A stretch of DNA of 54,350 bases, filler included, from a bacterium (GCA_024278215.1; 2 parts of 2 records of this genome joined end to end with filler, not necessarily neighbours in it), one strand, 5' to 3'; positions 31,324 to 41,808 are shown, numbered from the whole stretch's first letter. Program-made: numbers and translations. Notes: a model not told the origin generated them from the sequence alone.

Positions 31324-31414
31324 TCCCGACCGGGCGCATGTCTCAGGGGAGCGTGCAGCCCGGACAACTATCGCACCAAAAACACCAACCGCCGCAAAAC
31401 CAAAAAGTGGCGGG

Positions 31415-31522
31415 GCTTGTTAACAGGGCAAACTCCTCGAAAGGGGAGGACGCAAAGCCACGGGGCTAAAGCGGTGGCCGCATTGAAAAAGGCCGACCGC
31501 CAGGCTCGCCGGGCCGCCGAAG
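31415..31522 (+). promoter_or_regulatory. c-di-GMP-I (GEMM) riboswitch, copy 2
   Basis: CAGGGCAAA-CTCCTC-GAAA-GGGGAG-GACGCAAAGCCACGGGGCTAA...GCCGGGCCGCCG. Confidence 0.9.
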
Positions 31523-31629
31523 TCTCGGCCAACCCGTTCGCCCGTCGCACCGGGCTCTGGATTGGCGTACTCGAAAACAGGCATATCCACGACCTGAACG
31601 ACTTCGGGAGCAATGAAAGGAGAACAGCT

Positions 31630-31803
31630 ATGTACGACTTGATGAAAAGACTTTTTGCTGACGAAGAGGGTCAGGGCCTCACGGAGTATGCGCTCATTAT
31701 TGCATTCGTGGCGGTTGTGATAATCGCTGTGCTGATAGCGTTCCGCGGACAGATAGAAGGTGTATTCACATCCGCGGGCACAGAGCTTTCGAATCCGCAT
31801 TGA
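31630..31803 (+). CDS. flp: Flp/Fap pilin 2 (57 aa)
   Basis: AAGGAG RBS; MYDLMKRLFADEEG|QGLTEYALII...; the mature part differs from pilin 1 at two residues. Confidence 0.93.
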   Translation: MYDLMKRLFADEEGQGLTEYALIIAFVAVVIIAVLIAFRGQIEGVFTSAGTELSNPH

Positions 31804-31873
31804 CCTGAGAGGGGAAACGGGGGCCCGTCCCGGGGGGGCGCGGGCCTCCCGTCCTTCCCTTACTGGAGGAATC

Positions 31874-32392
31874 ATGATCTGGACAATAGAAAACATAATT
31901 CTGCTTGTTTTTCTTGCGGCGGCGGTCGGGATAGATATGCGCCTGCGTATTGTTCCGAACGCACTGACTTTTCCGATTATCGCGGTGGCGATAGCGCTGA
32001 ACATATACAGCGGCGGTGTGCAGGGGTTCTGGTTTTCCGTCGCGGGTTCAGGGGCGGGCGTCGCGCTGATGCTGCTGCCGTTCGCGGCAGGCGGGCTGGG
32101 CGGCGGCGATGTGAAGATGCTGGCGGCGATTGGTGCGCTCAAAGGTGCCGAGTTCGCTTTCTATACATTTTTATTCTCTGCCGTCGCGGGCGGACTGATA
32201 GCGCTGGTGAGGGTGCTGGCAGCCGGGCGCGGCAGGGAAACGCTAACAAATATGAAGAATATAACGCTGCTGTGCATCGGCGGTATTAAACCGGACGCGG
32301 AAGAGAATGCGGGGAGCATGTTCCCGTATTCGGGCGCGATTGCGGCAGGTTGCATAATAGCGAATATTGTACTACCGGCCATTGTGAAATGA
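31874..32392 (+). CDS. cpaA: Flp prepilin peptidase (A24 family, CpaA/TadV)
   Basis: DxxxRIVPN, GGGDVKM and FPY motifs; GGAGG RBS. Confidence 0.9.
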   Translation: MIWTIENIILLVFLAAAVGIDMRLRIVPNALTFPIIAVAIALNIYSGGVQGFWFSVAGSGAGVALMLLPFAAGGLGGGDVKMLAAIGALKGAEFAFYTFLFSAVAGGLIALVRVLAAGRGRETLTNMKNITLLCIGGIKPDAEENAGSMFPYSGAIAAGCIIANIVLPAIVK

Positions 32393-32412
32393 CGTGGGGC
32401 GGGGTGACGAAA

Positions 32413-32862
32413 ATGTTGAAAATATGCTTACAAAAAATACTGAAAAGTCAGCGTGGACAGGCGATTGTCGAGTTCGCTGTCATTATCCCGATATTCCTTG
32501 TGATGCTGCTGGGACTGCTCGAGTGGGGTTTTGTGCTGTGGACTCAGACGACTTTCAACAATGCTGTCAGGGACGGGGCGCGCGAGGCGGTCGTGCTCCA
32601 GGACTGGGACGTCAACTACTCGCAGGATGCGTCGAAGATAATCGCTACAGTGTCGGGCAGGCTCACGGGGCTGCCGTCGGCGCAGACTCAGAATATTGCA
32701 GACAATATAACAATAGAACTTCTGCCGAACTCGACGAATATTGAATCGATACGGATCAGCATCGCGGCGCAGCCTTATGTGCCTTTGATCGGAATTACGG
32801 GTGTAGCTGTGCCCGGCACGCTCAGCGCGACATCGGAATTCAGATATGAGGGGAATCTTTGA
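32413..32862 (+). CDS. tadE: TadE-like pseudopilin
   Basis: RG|QAIVEFAVIIP...AVRDGAR motif. Confidence 0.88.
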   Translation: MLKICLQKILKSQRGQAIVEFAVIIPIFLVMLLGLLEWGFVLWTQTTFNNAVRDGAREAVVLQDWDVNYSQDASKIIATVSGRLTGLPSAQTQNIADNITIELLPNSTNIESIRISIAAQPYVPLIGITGVAVPGTLSATSEFRYEGNL

Positions 32863-32873
32863 GGTGAGCGAAA

Positions 32874-34232
32874 GTGTTGAAACACGCGAATAACAACAGG
32901 GGGCAGAGCCTTGTGTTATATGTCATATCGTTGACGGTGATACTGGGCACGATGGCGCTGGCGTTCGATCTCGGACGTGGGTTCCTCCTGCGGGCGCGGA
33001 TGCAGCACGCCGCGGATTCCGCCGCGCTGGCCGGTGTTCGCGAGCTTCCCTACTACAGCCTGGCCGCGTCGGCAGCTCTGGACTACGCCGCCCGCAACGG
33101 TTTCACCGACGGCGACGGATCAATCGTTGTAACGGCATATCCACACCCGACTATCAGCAATAGATACGTTGTCGATGTAACCGCCTCCTCCGCGAATTTC
33201 CTCGCCCCGGTTATAGGCAGTAATTTCCTTAGCGTGTCGGTTTCGGCGGTCGCCGAGTTCAACGCGTATCTTCCTATCGACATTACAGGCGGCGGCGAAT
33301 ACGGCGCGAACGGCGTCATGACGCTTTCGATGTTCGGCCCTTACGGCTACTACTCGTATGGCGACGCGCTGTCGACGCGCTGGCTCAATGACGGCACGCC
33401 CAACCCCGACCACAAACCCGGCGGCTACGACTTCATGATCGAGATACCGGACAACTACTATTCGATAAACGGCACGACGATCGCGAAGGTCGAGATATTC
33501 GATCCCGACACGTGGAACAACGGCGGCGACAACGCCGCTCCGGGCCTGCGGATCGACGAGATAAGAAACGCGCCAGGCGGCTCGCACCCGCAGCCCATCA
33601 ACAGGCGCAACACTACTATCTACTCGCTCTACGCGCCGGACGACACTCCGAACGACTATACAGATGATGTGCTTATTGCGGAAGCAACTTATGGACCTGA
33701 TGTGTCGTGGACCGACATGAAATGGGTATCGCCCGACGGTTTCGAGATAAACATAAACGACTACGGCACGGGCAAGTACAGGCTGAACATAAGGGCGACG
33801 GACGGCGCGAGTGAAAATGGATTCAACCTGCGCGCCGGGCCGCCTGATGCCGCGTTCGACCCCGACAATGGAACGAAGATTACCGCAGTCGGCGCGATCC
33901 CGATGAACTTCAATGACAGCGGAGTTGTGACTATAAACCTCGGCCATGTCGCGCCCGAGGCGGCCGGCCTGGTGATGCACATAAACAAATTCGATACGGA
34001 CGTGGGCGCGAAAACGATCGATTACCATTGCGACACTCTTTCGCAGAGCTGGCCCGGTGTCCTTTCCGGCAACGGGACGTGGAAGGAAGACCTGATAGAG
34101 ATACCGGCGGATTACGCGGGCGGCAACTGGACGGCGACATACGAGGCGGGTCTCCAGGATACGTCAGTCTGGACAATGTGGCTCGAAGGCGCAATCGAGG
34201 GGCAGCCGGGGTTCGTCAGACTGGTCGAATGA
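32874..34232 (+). CDS. TadG-like pilus-associated protein with an unassigned C-terminal domain
   Basis: RG|QSLV leader and DLGR...MQHAADSAALAG Tad motif, followed by a ~320-aa Gly/Asp-rich beta-type region. Confidence 0.8.
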   Translation: MLKHANNNRGQSLVLYVISLTVILGTMALAFDLGRGFLLRARMQHAADSAALAGVRELPYYSLAASAALDYAARNGFTDGDGSIVVTAYPHPTISNRYVVDVTASSANFLAPVIGSNFLSVSVSAVAEFNAYLPIDITGGGEYGANGVMTLSMFGPYGYYSYGDALSTRWLNDGTPNPDHKPGGYDFMIEIPDNYYSINGTTIAKVEIFDPDTWNNGGDNAAPGLRIDEIRNAPGGSHPQPINRRNTTIYSLYAPDDTPNDYTDDVLIAEATYGPDVSWTDMKWVSPDGFEININDYGTGKYRLNIRATDGASENGFNLRAGPPDAAFDPDNGTKITAVGAIPMNFNDSGVVTINLGHVAPEAAGLVMHINKFDTDVGAKTIDYHCDTLSQSWPGVLSGNGTWKEDLIEIPADYAGGNWTATYEAGLQDTSVWTMWLEGAIEGQPGFVRLVE

Positions 34233-34307
34233 GCCGATTGCGGACTATCGCAGCAGGACGGAATGTTGCAATCGTCTCGAATAACAAACGAAAGAAGGCG
34301 AACGAAA

Positions 34308-35288
34308 ATGAGAGATAAAATGCTGATCATAATATCGCTGGTCGTCGGACTGGTCGCCGCGGGCGGGTTCTACCTGTTCTCGGGGAGCAGCCTGTTTTCA
34401 GGGAAGACGGATACGCGGGACATGAAACCGGCCCCGGTGGACACTGTGAAATGTATAGTGCTGAAACAGGACGTGCCGAAGAGGACACAACTTACAAAGG
34501 AGATGCTCGGCGAGATGGAAGTCCCACTGACTGTCGCGCATCCGCAAGCTGTCACAGAGTATGAGGACGCGGTGGGACGTGTCACGAGGCGCGCGCTGGT
34601 GAAGGGTGAAATGTTGCTGGAGCCGCATCTGCGCGACGGCAAAGCGCCGTCCAATCTCAGCTTTGTGATACCGGTCGGCAAACGCGCGATTACTATCGGC
34701 GCGTCGGTCACCAGCGCGCTGAGCAACATGCTCAAGCCGGGCGACAAAGTCGATGTCATCGTGTATCTCGACAAAAAAGTGGCGGGCAAAGAAATGTCTG
34801 TGACGCTGCTGCAAGACATGATGGTGCTGGCGACAGACGCGATGATCGAAGAGGAAAACGACTCCGACGGCATCCTGAAAAAGGCTGGCGGCAGTGCGCG
34901 CAACGCCAAAGGCTATCAGTCTGTCACGCTCGCTGCAACGCCTGAAGATTGTGTGCGGCTGAATCTCGCGGAATCCGTCGGCAGGCTCAAGCTGACGCTG
35001 GACACGCCCCGTAACGATCGGCCCGGCGCTCATGAATTCGAGGTGGCCGTGGTGGATGATCTTTTCCGTGTGAATCCTGTCGCCGTTGCCGAAGTGAAAC
35101 CCGTCAAGCATAAAACATGGAGAAAAGCGAAACCGAAAGTGAAAACAAAGAACACGAATATCGAGATAAAACGCGTCGATACGCCTCGATTCACCGAAGA
35201 AGAAAAACTCGTGTACATCATGAGGGGCACCGAACTTGAAGAACTCACCGTCACTGAAATAGTGCCTGTGAAATACTCCGCGAAGTGA
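34308..35288 (+). CDS. cpaB: Flp pilus assembly protein CpaB/RcpC
   Basis: SAF-like segment, IPVGKRAITI, LKPGDKVDVI and VTLAATP motifs. Confidence 0.9.
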   Translation: MRDKMLIIISLVVGLVAAGGFYLFSGSSLFSGKTDTRDMKPAPVDTVKCIVLKQDVPKRTQLTKEMLGEMEVPLTVAHPQAVTEYEDAVGRVTRRALVKGEMLLEPHLRDGKAPSNLSFVIPVGKRAITIGASVTSALSNMLKPGDKVDVIVYLDKKVAGKEMSVTLLQDMMVLATDAMIEEENDSDGILKKAGGSARNAKGYQSVTLAATPEDCVRLNLAESVGRLKLTLDTPRNDRPGAHEFEVAVVDDLFRVNPVAVAEVKPVKHKTWRKAKPKVKTKNTNIEIKRVDTPRFTEEEKLVYIMRGTELEELTVTEIVPVKYSAK

Positions 35289-35299
35289 GGGAATGGAAC

Positions 35300-36625
35300 A
35301 TGAAAACTATGAGACTTACCGCACTGATAACTTTTTATATACTTGCGGCGGCTGCCACGGCGATTGCCGGCGGCTACTCCGCAACATCAGCGATAGACAT
35401 GTTCGTCGGGGAGACCAGAGTCCTGCGATACGAGGCGGTCGACCAACTCGCGATCGGAGACCCGACCGTGGCAGATGTTCAGATGTTCGCCGAGAAAGCG
35501 GGTGAAGTCATCCTGAACGCGAAAGCGCCCGGCGTGACGACACTCTTTGTCTGGGACGGTGCGAGCATATTCCCACACAGACGCGATGTCGTTGTTTCAA
35601 ACAAAACGGTGGTCCTCGACAAGCGCATTTTCAACTTCAAACACTACACACTTACACGTACTGAGTACGACAACCGGCTGAGCAGGATCACCGTCAGCCC
35701 CGACGAATCGAACGTGACGAACCTCAAGTCTGTACTGACACCGCTGATCGGAGAGAACAGCTACTCTATCGACATCAACCGCAACCGTGTGATCATGCGC
35801 GGCACGAAGCAGGACCTCGATTCGGCGACGGCGATACTTGGCGAGATCGACCAGCCGCTGCGCCAGATACTAATCGAGGCGAAAGTCATCGAGATAACGA
35901 AAGACGACCTGAACCGGCTCGGCACTATGCTCGCGGGAAGCGACGGCGACATGTCTCTGAAGGGCGACCTGAGCGGCGACACGCCCCTGTTCAACCTGGC
36001 GTTCGACACATTCACGGACCTCGCCCGCCGGTTCAGCATTACCATTGATACACTGCGCACAGCGGGTGTGGGCCGCACGCTGGTCAACCCGAAAATTGCG
36101 ACGCTCGACGGAAAGACCGCATGGATTCTCGCCGGTGAAAAGTACCCGGTCGCCACGAGAGACAACGACAAAGGGCTCGTGTCTTTCGACTATGTGCACA
36201 CAGGCATCAGCCTCGCCGTCACGCCCCGCGTCGGTCGCGACGATACTATAACACTGTGGCTCAAGCCCGAAGTAAGCAACATCTCCGGCTGGGTCGGCGA
36301 TCCGAGTTCATCCAGCGATAACGCCGCGCCGATTATCGATACCCGCGAAGTATTGTCCGAAGTCAGGCTCAAGGATGGCGAGAGCATAATCATCGGCGGC
36401 CTGCAGAAGGAAGAAAGTATCATGACAAAAAGCAAAGTCCCGATACTCGGCGATATTCCGCTTATCGGGAAAGCGTTCAGGAAGAAACGAACTTCGGAAG
36501 AAACGAGCGAACTCGTGATCGTTATTACTCCGCATATTATGGATGAAAACGAAAAGCCCGATCTCGGCAGATTCGGTTTGCTCGACATGTCAAAACCAAA
36601 CGAAGCCGCCAGCGAGGCGGACTGA
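35300..36625 (+). CDS. cpaC: Pilus secretin CpaC/RcpA
   Basis: N-terminal AIGDPTVADV; QILIEAKVIE; GISLAVTP; KVPILGDIPLIGKAF; ELVIVITPHI. Confidence 0.9.
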   Translation: MKTMRLTALITFYILAAAATAIAGGYSATSAIDMFVGETRVLRYEAVDQLAIGDPTVADVQMFAEKAGEVILNAKAPGVTTLFVWDGASIFPHRRDVVVSNKTVVLDKRIFNFKHYTLTRTEYDNRLSRITVSPDESNVTNLKSVLTPLIGENSYSIDINRNRVIMRGTKQDLDSATAILGEIDQPLRQILIEAKVIEITKDDLNRLGTMLAGSDGDMSLKGDLSGDTPLFNLAFDTFTDLARRFSITIDTLRTAGVGRTLVNPKIATLDGKTAWILAGEKYPVATRDNDKGLVSFDYVHTGISLAVTPRVGRDDTITLWLKPEVSNISGWVGDPSSSSDNAAPIIDTREVLSEVRLKDGESIIIGGLQKEESIMTKSKVPILGDIPLIGKAFRKKRTSEETSELVIVITPHIMDENEKPDLGRFGLLDMSKPNEAASEAD

Positions 36626-36642
36626 CCACAGGAGGCGGCGTC

Positions 36643-37842
36643 ATGGACAATAAACAGCTTGCGGCAATTGTCAGCACAAAAGAATGGGCCGGTCTCAACC
36701 AGGCGCTCGCGCGGCTCGATACCATCGAATTGCTGTCTCCGCTTATGAATGTCGAGGAACTGAAGCGTGAGACTTCGCGCGAACTGCTCGACATTGTTTT
36801 CGTCGATGCAGACGAGTACATTCCCAGCGATGGAGACGCGAAAGTGCTTGCAAACGGAAGTGGACTCTATGTTGTTTTCATTTCCGCAAACGAAAACCCG
36901 CCACTCATGAAAAAAGCGATGCGTGCCGGCGCGAAAGACTTTATCGTCGAGCCGTTTATGAAAGAAGACCTCGAAGACATAGTCGAAAGCGCGGCAAAGC
37001 AACGCACTGCGCCGCACGCCGAAGGCATCGTCACGGATGCCGATGCGAACGCGGGCGGTCCCTCGAAAACCATCGCTTTCTTTTCGACAAAAGGTGGTGC
37101 GGGCAAAAGTATTCTCGCTGCAAACTTCGCTGTCGCACTCTCTCGCGTCGAGAGCTGTAAAGTATGCCTGCTGGACCTCGACCTCCAGTTCGGCGACCTC
37201 GCGCTGATTTTGAATGTAAAGCCGCACGCCACCATCACCGATCTCGTCACGGGCGGCGGCGACATCGCCGAAGAACTGCCCGCATACCTCACAAGATTTG
37301 ACGATAACCTTTCCATACTGCCATCGCCTGTAAAACCCGAGGAGGCCGAGCTTATCACACCAGCCCACATCGAGCAGATAACACAGGCGCTGAGCGCGCG
37401 CTTCAAATATGTGATCATCGACACTACGACTACGTTCCACGATGTCTCCATCATGGCGCTGGACAAAAGCGACGAGGTTTTTCTCGTGGCGACTCCGATA
37501 ATCCTTTCAGTAAAAAATCTCAAGGGGATGCTCAAGGTGATGAAAGAGTCGCTGGAGTACCCCGACGAAAAGATAAAGATTGTGCTGAACAGGTGCGACA
37601 GCCGGTTCGGCATCAGCAGGCCGGACATAGAAAAACTCAGCAACAGGAAGATCGACTACATGACGCCGAGCGATGGGAATATCGTCGTGCAATCGCTCAA
37701 CAGGGGCGTACCGACGGTCGTCGGCTACAAAAACAGCAAGTTCTCGAAAGCGATTGTGAAAATGGCGCGGTCTGTTGCAGACGTGTCCGCCGCGTGCTCC
37801 GCGAAAACTCCGTTCTGGAAAAAGTGGTTCGCAATAAGGTGA
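36643..37842 (+). CDS. cpaE: CpaE/TadZ receiver-like + MinD/ParA ATPase
   Basis: AMRAGAKDF receiver-like part; KGGAGKS Walker A; DLDLQFGD. Confidence 0.9.
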   Translation: MDNKQLAAIVSTKEWAGLNQALARLDTIELLSPLMNVEELKRETSRELLDIVFVDADEYIPSDGDAKVLANGSGLYVVFISANENPPLMKKAMRAGAKDFIVEPFMKEDLEDIVESAAKQRTAPHAEGIVTDADANAGGPSKTIAFFSTKGGAGKSILAANFAVALSRVESCKVCLLDLDLQFGDLALILNVKPHATITDLVTGGGDIAEELPAYLTRFDDNLSILPSPVKPEEAELITPAHIEQITQALSARFKYVIIDTTTTFHDVSIMALDKSDEVFLVATPIILSVKNLKGMLKVMKESLEYPDEKIKIVLNRCDSRFGISRPDIEKLSNRKIDYMTPSDGNIVVQSLNRGVPTVVGYKNSKFSKAIVKMARSVADVSAACSAKTPFWKKWFAIR

Positions 37843-37878
37843 CAGGAATAATCAGTAAAAAGGGCAGGGGGAACAACA

Positions 37879-39246
37879 ATGGGACTTCTGGACAGAACAA
37901 AAAAAACCGCCGCTAAAAACTGCGCCGACGAAGCCGCAAACGGCAGGCAGCAGACGTCGCACGACGATAAGTCCGCCAGGCTCGACGACCTGCGCCTGCG
38001 TGTACACGAGAGGCTCATCGAGGAGATCGGTCAGGATATTCTCTATGGCGATGTACCCGAGGAAAAAACAAAACGGGCCATAGCCGCTACGCTCGACAGC
38101 CTGATGGAAGAAAACAACGTGGTCATCCTAAAGGCCGAGAAAGACAGGTTGATCGAAGAATTATGCAACGAAGTGCTCGGTCTCGGCCCCATCGAGCCGC
38201 TCGTTCGCGATGATGAGATAACTGAAATAATGGTAAACGGCCCCGACCGTGTCTACGTCGAGAGAAACGGGAAGATCGAACTAACAGACCGGAAATTCCG
38301 GGATGACGAACATGTGCATCGAATAATAGAAAAGATTGTGTCGCCGCTCGGCAGGCGGATCGACGAATCGTCTCCGATGGTAGACGCCAGGCTTGGCGAC
38401 GGCTCGCGCGTCAACGCTATCATTCCGCCGCTTTCGCTCAACGGCCCGACTATTACTATCAGGAAGTTCTCGAAAGACCCGCTCCAGGTGGACGACCTGA
38501 TCAGCTTCGGCACATTCACCAGGGATATCGCCGCTTTTATCGAAGCATGTGTCAGGGCGCGGCTGAACTGCATTGTATCCGGTGGCACAGGCTCGGGAAA
38601 AACGACAACACTTAATGTGCTTTCCTCCTTCATTCAGGATACAGACCGTATCGTTACTATCGAAGACGCCGCCGAACTGCAATTGCGGCAGGAGCATGTC
38701 GTCACGCTCGAAAGTCGCCCGCCGAATATGGAGGGCAAAGGAGAGGTGACAATCAGGGACCTTGTCCGCAACTGTCTCAGGATGCGGCCCGACCGTATTA
38801 TCGTCGGCGAAGTGCGCGGCGGCGAGGCGCTCGATATGCTCCAGGCAATGAACACCGGCCACGACGGTTCTCTCACCACCGGGCACGCCAATTCGCCCAG
38901 GGACATACTTTCACGTCTCGAAACGATGGTCCTCATGGCGGGTATGAACCTGCCGCTGAGGGCCATACGCGAGCAGATTTCATCCGCTATCGACCTGATA
39001 GTGCATCAGGAGCGGATGCGCGACGGCAAAAGACGCCTCACTTATGTTACCGAGGTCGTCGGCATGGAAAACGACATCATTACTCTACAGGATATTTTCA
39101 TTTTTAAAAAAACAGGCGTGGACGACAACGGCAACATACTCGGCGAATTCAAGTCAACCGGCATCGTTCCGAAATTCGTGGAACGCTTTAAAACCGCCGG
39201 CATCAAGCTGCCACTCAGCATGTTCCACACCTTCGGGGAGATGTAA
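37879..39246 (+). CDS. cpaF: Tad secretion ATPase CpaF/TadA
   Basis: [24 protein letters not shown] and AMNTGHDGS motifs. Confidence 0.96.
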   Translation: MGLLDRTKKTAAKNCADEAANGRQQTSHDDKSARLDDLRLRVHERLIEEIGQDILYGDVPEEKTKRAIAATLDSLMEENNVVILKAEKDRLIEELCNEVLGLGPIEPLVRDDEITEIMVNGPDRVYVERNGKIELTDRKFRDDEHVHRIIEKIVSPLGRRIDESSPMVDARLGDGSRVNAIIPPLSLNGPTITIRKFSKDPLQVDDLISFGTFTRDIAAFIEACVRARLNCIVSGGTGSGKTTTLNVLSSFIQDTDRIVTIEDAAELQLRQEHVVTLESRPPNMEGKGEVTIRDLVRNCLRMRPDRIIVGEVRGGEALDMLQAMNTGHDGSLTTGHANSPRDILSRLETMVLMAGMNLPLRAIREQISSAIDLIVHQERMRDGKRRLTYVTEVVGMENDIITLQDIFIFKKTGVDDNGNILGEFKSTGIVPKFVERFKTAGIKLPLSMFHTFGEM

Positions 39247-39249
39247 TCT

Positions 39250-40191
39250 ATGGCTCCATACATCGTCATATTCCTGCTGGGCACACTGGCCGCCTACGCC
39301 TTGTCGTCGCTGGCTGCCGGGAAAAAACGCGCGGCGCTCGAAGGCCGCCTCTCGGGACTCGAACACACCGCGGACACCGGCCGACGTGAAGCCCGCCACG
39401 CACGCAGCGTCTTCGCCGCCGTCGACACTTCGATACGTGGTTTCAGCATATCCGCGAAAATCAAACGCGAACTCGCGAGGGCCAACTGGTCGCTGAAAGT
39501 ATCCGAGTTCATGATCATCGTTATCCTTTCGGCAACACTCGCGCCGCTTATCGTGTTGTTGCTGACCGACAATAAAATGCTGACTCTTTATCTCGTCGGC
39601 GGTGGCGCGGTGATCCCGATCATTCTCCTGAAACGCAAGCAGGCGGCACGCAGAAAAATGTTTTCAAGCCAACTGCCGGACGCCATCACGCTGATCTCGA
39701 ACTCGCTCAAGACCGGCTACAGTTTCCTCCAGTCTATCGACATGGTGGCGCGCGAGCTGTCGCCGCCGATATCCGAGGAGTTCCGGAAAGTGCTCCAGGA
39801 GATCAAGCTGGGCATACCGTTCGAGACAGCTGTCGAGCGGCTCGTCGAGAAAGCCGGCAACGAAGACCTCGATCTCGTGATGACGAGTGTCAACATACAA
39901 AGAGAGGTGGGCGGCAACCTTTCGGAAATACTCGATAAAATATCGCACACGATCCGCGAGCGGATACGAATCCGCGGCCAGCTTCAGACACTCACCGCGC
40001 AGGGACGTCTCTCCGGCATGATCCTATGCCTGCTGCCGCCCGCGCTCGGCCTCTTCCTCTTCCTTGTGAACCAGGACTACATCATGCTCCTGTTCCGCCA
40101 TCCCACAGGCCGCGTCCTGACTGCATTCGCCGTTGTCACACAACTCACCGGCATGATGCTCATCAGGAAAATCATCGACATCAGGATATAG
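39250..40191 (+). CDS. tadB: TadB platform protein
   Basis: QLPDAI...SLKTGYS; IQREVGGNLSEIL; LTAQGRLS. Confidence 0.92.
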   Translation: MAPYIVIFLLGTLAAYALSSLAAGKKRAALEGRLSGLEHTADTGRREARHARSVFAAVDTSIRGFSISAKIKRELARANWSLKVSEFMIIVILSATLAPLIVLLLTDNKMLTLYLVGGGAVIPIILLKRKQAARRKMFSSQLPDAITLISNSLKTGYSFLQSIDMVARELSPPISEEFRKVLQEIKLGIPFETAVERLVEKAGNEDLDLVMTSVNIQREVGGNLSEILDKISHTIRERIRIRGQLQTLTAQGRLSGMILCLLPPALGLFLFLVNQDYIMLLFRHPTGRVLTAFAVVTQLTGMMLIRKIIDIRI

Positions 40192-40193
40192 CC

Positions 40194-41117
40194 ATGATCA
40201 AACTGATACTGACAATACTTGTTTTCTCATCATTCGCCTGTCTCGCAGCCGGCATACTGCTTTCGTCCGGCCGGAAGCGGGCGCTTGCGGCGCGCCTCGA
40301 TCAGCTCGACATCACCCAGCGCGGCATCTCTCTCGAAGAAATGGAAATGTCACGTTCGTTTGTCGAACGAGCCCTTCTGCCTGCGTTCGCTATGATCGGG
40401 CACATCGTCGCGCGGTACTCGCCCGCCGGTTTTCTCGAACGCACACAAAACAAACTGAATGTCGCCGGCTACCGCAGGGCGGATCCGCTCGCATACATCG
40501 GCATCAAGGGCATCGCAGCATTGTCACTATTCGGGCTGGCCGCGCTCGTATGTTCGTTTTCCGGCATGGATGTAAGCGCGATCCTTGTTTACCTGATCAT
40601 CTTTCCCGCCGCCGGGATCATACTGCCCGATCTCATTCTTTTGCATACAGGCAACAAGCGTAAATATGAAATAAACGCCGGACTTCCCGACCTGCTTGAT
40701 ATTTTAACCGTCAGCGTGGAGGCCGGGCTGGGTTTCGAGCAGGCGCTCCTACAGGCCGCGAACAAATTAAAAGGCAGTGTATCGAAGGAAATCCGGCGGC
40801 TGCTGCAGGACATGCGCCTCGGCAAAAACCGCAGCGAAGCGCTCCGCGCTATGTCCGACCGGCTCATGATACCCGATCTGACTACATTCTGCGCCGCCAT
40901 GATTCAGGCCGATCAGCTCGGCGTCGGCATAGCGGACGTGTTGCGCGTGCAGTCCGACAGCATGAGGCAGAAAAGACGACAGCGTGCCGAAGAAACAGCC
41001 ATGAAAGCGCCGCTCAAGATGCTTTTCCCGCTCATTTTCTTCATCTTCCCGTCACTATTCGTCGTCCTTCTCGGGCCTGCGTTCATCAGCATTATGGAAA
41101 ATCTTAAAACGCCATGA
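40194..41117 (+). CDS. tadC: TadC platform protein
   Basis: LPDLLDILTVSVEAGLGFEQAL; QADQLGVGI; KMLFPLIFFIFP. Start at ATG 40194. Confidence 0.92.
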   Translation: MIKLILTILVFSSFACLAAGILLSSGRKRALAARLDQLDITQRGISLEEMEMSRSFVERALLPAFAMIGHIVARYSPAGFLERTQNKLNVAGYRRADPLAYIGIKGIAALSLFGLAALVCSFSGMDVSAILVYLIIFPAAGIILPDLILLHTGNKRKYEINAGLPDLLDILTVSVEAGLGFEQALLQAANKLKGSVSKEIRRLLQDMRLGKNRSEALRAMSDRLMIPDLTTFCAAMIQADQLGVGIADVLRVQSDSMRQKRRQRAEETAMKAPLKMLFPLIFFIFPSLFVVLLGPAFISIMENLKTP

Positions 41118-41241
41118 GCAAGTATAAAACAAACAATTATTGAACATGTTGTCGCTTACGGCGAATTATGGGCTTGATCAAACTAGTGTCATGTCAACAA
41201 AGAAAAGACGTAAGAAAGGTCAGCGTAAAAACGATAAAAGT

Positions 41242-41335
41242 GTAGGGTGGTGTCACCGTACCCCGCCTCAACTTGTGCCTGTAAAAACCGTTTTCGCGAG
41301 AAATATGATCAGGCGCGGGACGGTGACCCCGCCCT
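41242..41335. repeat. GTAG-type REP-like inverted pair (related single arm at 30561-30585)
   Basis: GTAGGGTGGTGTCACCGTACCCCGCCT ... AGGCGCGGGACGGTGACCCCGCCCT; GTACGGTGACCCCGCCCTAC at about 30566. Confidence 0.55.
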
Positions 41336-41378
41336 TTTTGCGACATTACAGGCATGACACGACACCAGGAGGTGTAGC

Positions 41379-41741
41379 ATGAAAATCATACACGATCCGC
41401 AACAAGAGTTTTCTGCCCCGAGCGTCATCGCCGCAGAGGCCTGCCCGGCCGCTGGTTTCCGGCGCAGGCTGCTCGGCCTGATGTTTCGCAAAACATTCGG
41501 CGCAATAGATGCAATGTACTTCGAGCACTGCCGCGCCATCCACACATTCTTTATGCGTTTCCCCATCGATGTCCTGTGTATCGACTCACGAAATACCGTC
41601 ATTGACATGCGGCACTCGCTCGCGCCCGGCAAATACTTCGTACCAAAACGCGCGCCCGGTGTCATCATCGAGCTACCGCCCGGCACGCTACGCCGCAATA
41701 GCGTCAGCGTAGGCGGTCACATCATATTTGAAATCAGTTGA
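41379..41741 (+). CDS. DUF192-family protein
   Basis: FRRRLLGLMFR, IHTFFMRFPIDV and VIIELPPG motifs; GGAGG RBS. Confidence 0.85.
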   Translation: MKIIHDPQQEFSAPSVIAAEACPAAGFRRRLLGLMFRKTFGAIDAMYFEHCRAIHTFFMRFPIDVLCIDSRNTVIDMRHSLAPGKYFVPKRAPGVIIELPPGTLRRNSVSVGGHIIFEIS

Positions 41742-41808
41742 GAAGCAGATAGAGGTGGCACCGAAGCCGGGCGCGGCGGAGCACAGACAGCGGTTGGCGA
41801 ATCTCGCT

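Noticed and set aside
31417..31629. N-terminal extension of pilin 2 in the ORF track
   Set aside because: It runs through the riboswitch; the RBS and alignment with pilin 1 place the start at 31630.
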